NCBI RefSeq assembly: GCF_006345805.1 | Contig: NC_043007.1 | Span: forward strand, 27,218,001 to 27,282,000 | DNA from: Octopus sinensis | Lineage: Eukaryota | Length of the DNA: 64,000 nt | Reading direction: 5' to 3' | Shown: one piece after another, positions 55,009-64,000 of the stretch | Layout: each line of letters begins with the position of its first letter | How positions within the stretch are numbered: the stretch's first letter is position 1 | Made by a program: the position numbers and the translations under genes | Notes under the pieces: generated by a model | The model's input: the letters and a program-made list of their open reading frames with translations, nothing else | Told to the model about the DNA's origin: nothing | Database searches by the model: none

Positions 55009-55108
55009 NNNNNNNNNNNNNNNNNNNNNNNNNNNNNNNNNNNNNNNNNNNNNNNNNNNNNNNNNNNNNNNNNNNNNNNNNNNNNNNNNNNNNNNNNNNN
55101 NNNNNNNN
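55009..55108. other. Assembly gap (100 N)
   Basis: Run of N. Confidence 1.
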
Positions 55109-55423
55109 ATTTTAAATGTAATTACAAATGATATTTTCTGAAATTCAGTCGTTTTTTATTTAAATTTAATCATGTTTTATGCATTCCATTGATATTGTCT
55201 ATTTATAAAATATGTTTATATTTTGGAATTTTATGTCCGTTTTATAGAGAATATATATATTTATTTAAGTTCTGAATGCGTATTTCTGTTATGTTCGTTT
55301 AGACTCCGGCTGTGGTGCCTCCATAATAATATTTCGAATATGGCTCACAACCAGCACTACGTTTTCCTTCTGTATTTAATGTGAGTTATTGCTAATAACA
55401 GGCTCTAATTAAACTATATATTA

Positions 55424-55818
55424 CTAGCAGTATCGCCCGGTGTTGCTCGGGTGTGTAAGGGAAATAACTATATAAGCATTTTTAGAGAGTTATAGCCAAA
55501 AAATAGCAAACAAATGCATTAAAAATGGAGAAAAAAATAGGGTGATTTTTTTTTAAATCGTTGACTCATCGTAGACATTTTTAGAGAGATACTTCCCTTA
55601 TATAATAGCGAAAAAATGCATTAAAATGGAAATAAATGATAGTAAATGTCTTTTAAAATCGTAGACTCATCGTAGACGCGCGCTAATACCCAGAAGGGCT
55701 CGATATGAATCAAGACTATAAGATACCCGGTTTTGGTTAAACTGCACCGCAAAATGTGGGAGTAGTTAGGAATCTAAATCGTAGAAGACAGACACACAAC
55801 CTTACTTTTATATATAAA

Positions 55819-55820
<2 letters not shown>
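55424..55820 (-). mobile_element. Non-autonomous Helitron with the same 3' end as 20241-20630
   Basis: Plus strand CTAGCAGTATCGCCCGGTGTTGCTCGGG is the reverse complement of hairpin plus CTAG; TC 5' end at 55820; internal tandem duplication of about 100 bp. Confidence 0.72.
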
Positions 55821-55890
<70 letters not shown>

Positions 55891-57499
55891 TGTATGTGTG
55901 TGTGTATGTGTGTGTGTGTGGTCAGTTGTTCGTATTTTAGAAAAAGAACCTCACTTGAAAAACATTAGAGCGGTACTGTATTTGGTAGGTTGTTTGTTTG
56001 TTGTGGTCAGTCAGCTTGCGATCATTGGTTCCGCGCATTTAAAGCTTTGGGGTCTTTCAACCATAGACAGATGACTCGAAGTAAACATTTCTGTTGTTTA
56101 CGCTTCTGATTTTATCGTTGTTGTTGCTGTTTAATGTTACATAAGCTCCATCGAACCGATAATGAAAAGTAGCTCCGCCATGACAGTCCAGTTTTTTTCG
56201 ATTTTTGTTCCTTTGTATATACATTGTTAATATATAGAAGAGGGGAATTATTACATAATGGATTCAAATTAGTTTTTCGCTGAAACAGCTTTTACTATTT
56301 TAATTTACATTATTCTAGTTCAGTATTCTTTCATTTAATAATTGTTTTGTCTCGAATTAATTACCCTGGTCTAATTAAACAAAAACTGAACATTAAATTT
56401 TCACTTCTTTCGCTGAAAGGTATAAAAAAATAAAGAACTCTATTTTGTAGTATGTTTTGTCGTTTTAAAACAGCTACAGGGAGTTTAATTCTAAATTTAT
56501 ATTTGACACAAAAGGATTACACGACACTTAGGCTTTTAAATAAAGCAATTTTCTTTTTAGCATTTTCGACACAAATTGAAACTCGGTTGCTATCACAGCG
56601 CCTCTGTGTAGCCGTTAATAGCAGCCAAATGTCGCTCAGGGAATTTTATGTATGTTATACCTCTGCCTCACTTCTTAGTGTTTTGTTTATAAATTTATAA
56701 CGATATAATGAAAAAAATACATCGTGAACTTTAATGTGGGGTTTTCAATAATTTATCGTTATATAACGTACACCAGAATTTCTTGATGGGTAGATAGATG
56801 CACAATCATCGGAGAAAGAGAGATGGTGGGATAAACTTAGACATCGATCAGCAAAATGTGGCTCAGGCCTTACAAGAGCATCGTCTGGTAAAATCTGTTA
56901 AGTCATTTAGAGTTAGTAGTATCAGGGCCCCTTTAGATATGGGGATGTTGTTGACAGAGATGTACCGAGGCACTGGTCGACACGAGATTATTTTAGAAGA
57001 CCAAGGTGCCACACAGTGGGACTGAACCGGAAGCGTGTGGTTGGTAGGCAAGCTACTTACACACACAGCCACTACCACTAAGCTTCTATTTACCAAATAG
57101 CCTATATATCGATGTGTCTAGATGTCTTTTGAAGGAGATGGTATCTTTTTCTTTTTTGATTTGATTTGGGACAATGTGAACTAGAGCTGGATCTGTTAAA
57201 AAAAGTGGACTTATTGCAAATATCGTTATGTCTCTTAACCCCGAATAGTATCCTAAATTTAATGCTAAGGTCGTTTGGATAGTGCTGGTGTTATATTCTC
57301 CATATGGTGCAAATGATGTATTCTCGCAGTGGAGGTAGAGAGAATGAAGTTTTAATGTTTTAAGGCGAGCTTAATGGTCAAGATCAGTCATGCCTCTTTG
57401 GTGTGTAATATTGGCGGACAAACTGGGGTCGCAGTATAATAACCGTAGCCGAACAAACGAGGAGTAAAAGGGAATGATATAATCTGGCTCTCTATACCG

Positions 57500-57846
57500 G
57501 TAGGGGTTAAGTCGATTACAACGACCCCAGTGTGTAACTGGTACTTATTTAATCGACCCCGAAAGAATGAAAGGCAAAGTCGACATCGGCGGAATTTAAA
57601 CTCAGAACGTAACGCAGAGACGAAATACCTATTTCTTTACTACCCACAAGGGGCTAAACACAGAGGGGACAAACACAGACAGACAAACAGATTAAGTCGA
57701 TTACATCGATACCAGTGCGTAACTGGTACTTATTTAATCGACCCCGAATGGATTAGGCAAAGTCGACCTCAGCGGAATTTGAACACAGAGGAAATACCGC
57801 TAAGCTTTTCGCCCGGCGTGTAAACGATTCTACCGGCTAGCCACCT
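57500..57846 (-). mobile_element. SINE family C, two tandem units
   Basis: Core repeated at about 57538 and 57723. Confidence 0.85.
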
Positions 57847-58391
57847 CCGCAGATATTATATTACTCGTGGCCTTGTGCCAATGCTTATATAGTGAAAGGA
57901 GTGAACAATTTTCGAAACGATCGTAATAATAAAAGCCAGATTGAAACCAGTTTGTGTTATTAGACACAGGTCGTGAAATTTAAAACAATGCAGAATTTGG
58001 AAAGAACAAACTACCAATATAAATAAGAAAGTAACATATGCAATCCATAAACATTGAACATAAATTCAAACTGCGATATTAGCTTATTCCCTGTTGTACA
58101 GCTTTACATACAATAACTATTTAAAACTAAGTTAGACGAATCAAATTTCCATAAAATATACGTAATGAGAGATGCATGTTATGCAGATTTTGAACTCTTG
58201 TGGTAAAGACGTTCGTGTTTCTTTTTATTGAAGCTTATCAGTCGAACAGAGAATTTAGCGGTAGGTTTCGTAATCTGGTTATATACAATCGGACACGCGA
58301 ATAAAAGAATACGTAGATGTAGTGACATAAACGGACACGTTGATACCCGCCTATACCGCACCAATATATCTACGAGCACTTGTATGTAATA

Positions 58392-58449
<58 letters not shown>

Positions 58450-58464
58450 GTATATATATGTATA

Positions 58465-58495
<31 letters not shown>

Positions 58496-59909
58496 GATAG
58501 ATGAGATATATAGATAGATAGATAGATAGATAGGATAGATAGATATAGATATATGCATGTGTATATATATGTGATGTTTATATATATGTATATGTATATA
58601 CATATATGTATATATCTATATATATATACATACATATATATATATACATACATATATGTATATATATATATATATATACACATACGTACATATATATATA
58701 TATCTATATATACATATATGTGAAAGTATATGTATAGATGGAGTGACAGACATAGATAAACCTTAAAATATATTCACATACATATTCGAATGTATACACA
58801 TATATGCGCGTATTTGTCTATGGGTGTTTGTGTGGGCGTGCGGTCGAGCGCTAACATTCTCTCAGTTTCATACACATATAATGTTTATACGAAATAAAAT
58901 TACCAAAGGATTAATATTCAGAGAATTCGAAATAATGTGATCCATAAAATATAGCCTACCAACGTATACATATGTGTGTGTGTGCTTGAATGTATATATA
59001 CAAATATATACATACGCAAACACTTACATAAACGTAGACATATATGTAGTTATATACAGACATATAATTTCAATGTGGTTTACACACTCACACATACACA
59101 TAGAGAGACATACAAACAGATATACAGTGCCAGACAAATATGTATGTATGTATGTATGCAGGTGTGCATGCTTCTGTGTATGTGTATATATATACATATG
59201 TCTGTGTATGTATGTATGTACGTACGTACGTACGTATGTATGTATGTATGTATGTATGTATGTATGTATGTATGTATGTATGTACGAATGTATATATGTA
59301 CGTACGCTCGAATAATATTTCATAAAACGCATCACAAACCACAGACTTCGACAGTTCACTTTATCTTCTGTTTTGAGGTTGTTTATTGATGCGAAAGCAT
59401 TTTACCGTCCTCTTATCTTATCAAAGCCTATTAAATAATTTAGACATTTTACAATGGATCAATATTTCCAAGGAGCTGCATACACAACCAATAAAAACTC
59501 CTCCAGGGATTTGGCATTCGTTTCTCCCTTGTTATTCTTGCAAAAAAATACGAAATTATTGCAAATAAAGTTTGTCTCGCCGTGACAAGTATTCGGTTTC
59601 ATATCAATACAAGTTATTTTGATTATATTAGATGTTTTTTTTTTTTGTCAGATATGGTCTAATATCGTTCTTGTTTTAATAGCTGTTCATACATTCTTCT
59701 CTAAATATGTGTATATATGTATTCGGATATACAACGCTTTAAATCACACCGTTGTGCTGGCGGAGTCACATGTACGTCTACAAAACACACATACTTCTGT
59801 AAAGACAATTGGTATAAGTACGCGTATACATCGTTCTATGTTGATAAGTTGACAGACTCATAAAACAGGTAATGACATATTATGTGTGTGTGGATGGGAA
59901 TGTGTGTTT

Positions 59910-59971
<62 letters not shown>

Positions 59972-60206
59972 TTTATGCGCAATCACAGAAAATATAGAAT
60001 GCTGAGAGGTAGGGATTTACGTTTAAACGTTCACAGAATCTTGTGTAGAGTATGTGAGCATACTGGATAAATGCATATAAAGAAGACTGTGTATGTTTGT
60101 GTATGTGTGTGTGCGCGTGTGTGTGTATGCGTCTGTATGAGTGTATAATTGTGTGTGTGGATGTGTGTGTGCGTGTGAGTACTTCTCTTTGATATATAAA
60201 TCCCAC

Positions 60207-60465
60207 GGGCATATGGCGTAGTGGTTAAGAGCGCGGGCCTGTAACCACAAGATTATGAGTTCGATTCCAGGCAGTGACCATAATAATAATAATAATAATA
60301 ATAACAACAACAACAACACCAACATCGAAAAATACCTTAGGAATGGGAACCCATGTTCGAAATTTCCCCAAGACACCTGATGAAGGCTGGAGGGTAAACG
60401 TTGTGTTAACAACAAACAAGATGAGGACAAATATCCTTCAAATGTAAATAATCTAAATAATGTAT
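60207..60465 (+). mobile_element. tRNA-head element with (AAT)n spacer and partially deleted hammerhead
   Basis: A box TGGCGTAGTGG 60214-24; B box GAGTTCGATTCC 60257-68; GACAC-CTGATGA(60377-83)-AGGCTG...AAACGTT-GTGTT; the 3' part is homologous to 31874-32000. Confidence 0.7.
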
Positions 60466-60879
60466 GATTCATTTAATTTGTAGTCTTATTTGAATTAAAA
60501 CGAAAAATATTTTTGCCGTAGTATTCAGGGGATTTTTTTCCTTCTTTTCGTTTCTCTTTTTACTCAACAAATTTCTTTTATCGTTTTTGAATTTTATGAA
60601 TAAATTTTAGCCACTCTGAGGCAAGTAGGAAGATAACGAGCATTTCCAAAACCTGCTTCTCTTCGTTTGCAATGAAGTTTCTAAAACAGCCACGGACGCT
60701 CGAAGGGGAATTGTTTTGCAATATTTCAAATGTTGGCCGACGCAAGTCTATAGAACGACCTACTTGTCGAAGGAGCCAAGCAGTGGGATTGAACCCGGCA
60801 CCATATGGTTGGGAAGAAAGCTTCTTGCAACACAGCTACTCATGCGGCTATATTTTTTATGATATAATTACAGGTACAA

Positions 60880-61075
60880 AGCGGCGAACTTGATGGGCGA
60901 AATTCTTAGCGGTATTTCATCTGTCTTTACGTTCTGAGTTCAAATTCCGCCGAAGTTGACTTTGCCTTTCATCCTTTCGAGGGTCGAGAAATTAAGTACC
61001 AGTGGCGGATCGAGGCCTTTCAAATCGTCTGGCCCCCTTCCCCAAAATTTCGGGCCTTGCACATAGAGTAGAATA
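60880..61075 (+). mobile_element. SINE family C
   Basis: Core match. Confidence 0.8.
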
Positions 61076-61406
61076 GAATAGAATAGGATATCATTACAGG
61101 TACAATCCTGACTTTTAAGATGCCGATGGTCCGGATCATCTTATAATCCGCGCTAAATAGAGCAGGAATTACAAATCCTTGTGCCCACCGGAGTAGTTTA
61201 GAGGGCCCTTGGATAGATTAATAACTTTATAGCATAGAATTACTAAACTTGTAGCATATTGGTGTACAGGTAGCTGCCGTTCATTTTATTATTTAAAGAA
61301 GTCAAATATTTGAATCAGACTTAATATGTTACAATTAGTTATTAGTATTGATATGTTATAATTAGTTATAATTGTTTTGTTACTGTTATAAATCATGGGT
61401 ATTATT

Positions 61407-61437
<31 letters not shown>

Positions 61438-61602
61438 ACAACAACAGTAATAAAAATAAAACATCATAATCCATCAGAACTTAAATATTAGTAACATTCG
61501 CCTCAACAACAACAACACAACAACAACAGTAATAATAAATGGCAAAGGAAAGAAAAACAAAGAGTTATAATAATAGTAACAACAACGACAATTATAATAA
61601 TA

Positions 61603-61634
<32 letters not shown>

Positions 61635-61964
61635 TAATAATAATAATATAATAATAATAATATTAATAATAATAATAATGATAATAATAATAATAGTAAT
61701 TTGAAGAAAGGAGGAAAAGAAATAATTGTCTAAGACAATGAGGAATAATAAAGAAAAAGTGAAGGTTGCCAGAAATCAATTGATGATAACGATGCCGGTG
61801 AAAGTTTCGGCGCAAGCCGGGGGGAAAAAATTGATTGAAATTTTCTCTAATTTAATTAAATAATCGAACTAGAATATTGAGGTATTTTTAAACAATAATG
61901 CTATTAAAACACCATGTTGTTATTGTAGTATTTCAGACTTCATATCCTTCAGACGTTAAATACA

Positions 61965-62007
<43 letters not shown>

Positions 62008-62101
62008 ACACACACACACAGACACAGACGCACACACACAGATATGCATATATGTATATATATATATATATGTGTGTGTGTGTATGTACATGTGCATGCA
62101 T

Positions 62102-62133
<32 letters not shown>

Positions 62134-62164
62134 ATGCATGCACATGTACATACACGCATGTATA

Positions 62165-62198
<34 letters not shown>

Positions 62199-62356
62199 AA
62201 TATATATATATATATGTGTGTGTGTGTGGATGCACATGTACATAACACACACACACACAACACACACGCACATATATATATATATATTATATATATATAT
62301 ATATATATGCATGCACATGTACATACACGCATGTATATATCTATATCTATATCCAT

Positions 62357-62442
<86 letters not shown>

Positions 62443-62484
62443 GTATATATGTATATATATATATTTATATATATGATATATATA

Positions 62485-62520
<36 letters not shown>

Positions 62521-62915
62521 TATATATTTACATATATATATATACTATATACACTATCTGATTCGGTTATTGTCTCATTTTAGTTGGAGTGTTCAGGAAG
62601 CTTTTGGTAAGGAGATTGCCTGGAAACTCTGCTTGTCAAAAGTTTCGACCTTGTCAAACTTGTCATCTCCATCATATGAGACAAAAATGTGTGCTTTCAG
62701 GAAGTTTTCTAGGAAGGTAATGGAGATATGTATGTGACGATGCATTGATACACAACTCTTTATATATGCATGGGCATGTATATATACATTAATATACATA
62801 CATACATAAATGTATTCGTATAAACATACAGGCATACATACATATATATTCATAACACACACTAACCACACCCACACACACACACACACACACATATATA
62901 TCTATATCTATATAT

Positions 62916-62968
<53 letters not shown>

Positions 62969-63394
62969 TGTGTGTGTGTGTGTGTGCATACAATTTGGTT
63001 TTTATGTTCGGTTATAAGAAAATCAATTTTAATTTAATGTGATGGGTTACTGTATACTTTTATAGTCATAACAAGATCATTATTGACAGTAACATCGAAG
63101 TTTCGACAAGCTAACCCATCGTCGGTTATATATATACATATAGGAGAGATACAGACAGACAGACAGAGAGTTAGAGAAAGAGAGAGAGAAGATAATATAT
63201 ATAAATATATATCTATATATATATATATATATATATAAAACTGACCCTGTTATCTCCCTAGTATCCTTCTAGCGTCTAACGTCTGGCCTCTGACCTCTGA
63301 CTTCTGCCTGAAGTCAGAACGCCATGATAGACCGTTAGCTCCTACACGCATTTTTTTCTCTCCTTGTTTCTCTCTTTTTTTCGTTTTCTGTGTA

Positions 63395-63432
63395 TCTTTC
63401 TGTCGAAGAGCGTAGGCTCGAAACGTAAAAGA
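63395..63432 (+). ncRNA. Minimal variant hammerhead (Penelope-type) in an element of about 290 bp flanked by TA (63240-63530)
   Basis: TCTTT-CTGTCGA-A-GAGC GTAG GCTC-GAAA-CG-TA-AAAGA; core differs from CTGANGA (A6 to T, extra A). Confidence 0.55.
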
Positions 63433-63530
63433 CTTGTTCTCTTTCTATTCCTGATCACCATACTAATACATTTGTTTGTTTGTACTCTACCTGCCTTCGT
63501 CTTTTGTGCATTTTCGTAAACCTTTCGTTA

Positions 63531-63588
<58 letters not shown>

Positions 63589-63847
63589 AAATTATTCTGT
63601 AGATCTTATGATATAATGCTCTATACTCATATTTTTCAATATGCCCGTGTGCATACATATATCAATGTGCTCGTGCATAAAACTGCGTGTACAAAAGTCA
63701 CATAAGCACAGCCACCAACAATACCTGCATATGCTACCTCTCTCTCTCTCTCTCTCTCTCTCACTTCTATCTATCTATCTATCTGCCTATCTCTCTCTCT
63801 TTGTATCCTTTTCTCTCTTTCTCTCTCGCTCTCTTTGTTGCTGTCTC

Positions 63848-63888
<41 letters not shown>

Positions 63889-64000
63889 GACATGGGAGAC
63901 CAAGCTGTACTTCAGTGAGATCTGTTTGCTACTGGACAGAGAAAAAACAATATGCTTCTAAATGAATATATGTTTGATTTGATACATTTTGGTAAAGAGG

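Noticed and set aside
63092-63128. Minus-strand CCGACGA..CTTGTC-GAAA-CTTCGA, and similar weak motifs at 41108-41165 and 46509-46548
   Set aside because: Several core and stem mismatches; cannot be separated from chance without a family consensus

Overview
AT-rich, repeat-saturated eukaryotic DNA. The SINE content and extreme (TA)n/(CA)n/(TATG)n density suggest an octopus or other cephalopod (inference). No intact host protein-coding gene is supportable; most listed ORFs are microsatellite or SINE artefacts. The window holds four tRNA-derived or tRNA-like SINE families, relics of RLE-type (R4/Dong-like) and L1/Tx1-like LINEs, Penelope GIY-YIG fragments, a mariner relic, two non-autonomous Helitrons, a 20-bp minisatellite and a 100-N gap. 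The main result is a 5.2-kb array (about 41250-46481) of about 8.7 near-identical, non-coding 600-bp units inserted into a (TA)n tract. Each of nine copies carries a complete type I hammerhead ribozyme with a very long (76 nt) stem II and a minimal palindromic stem III, so the array looks like a retrozyme predicted to give 600-nt self-cleaved or circular RNAs. Unrelated hammerheads of similar design occur at 32670 and 54189. Variant or decayed ones occur at 63395, 60372/31925 (behind a tRNA-like Pol III head), 28375, 49535 and 54936, most within or beside TA microsatellites. Ribozyme calls come from manual base-pairing, not from folding software or assays.
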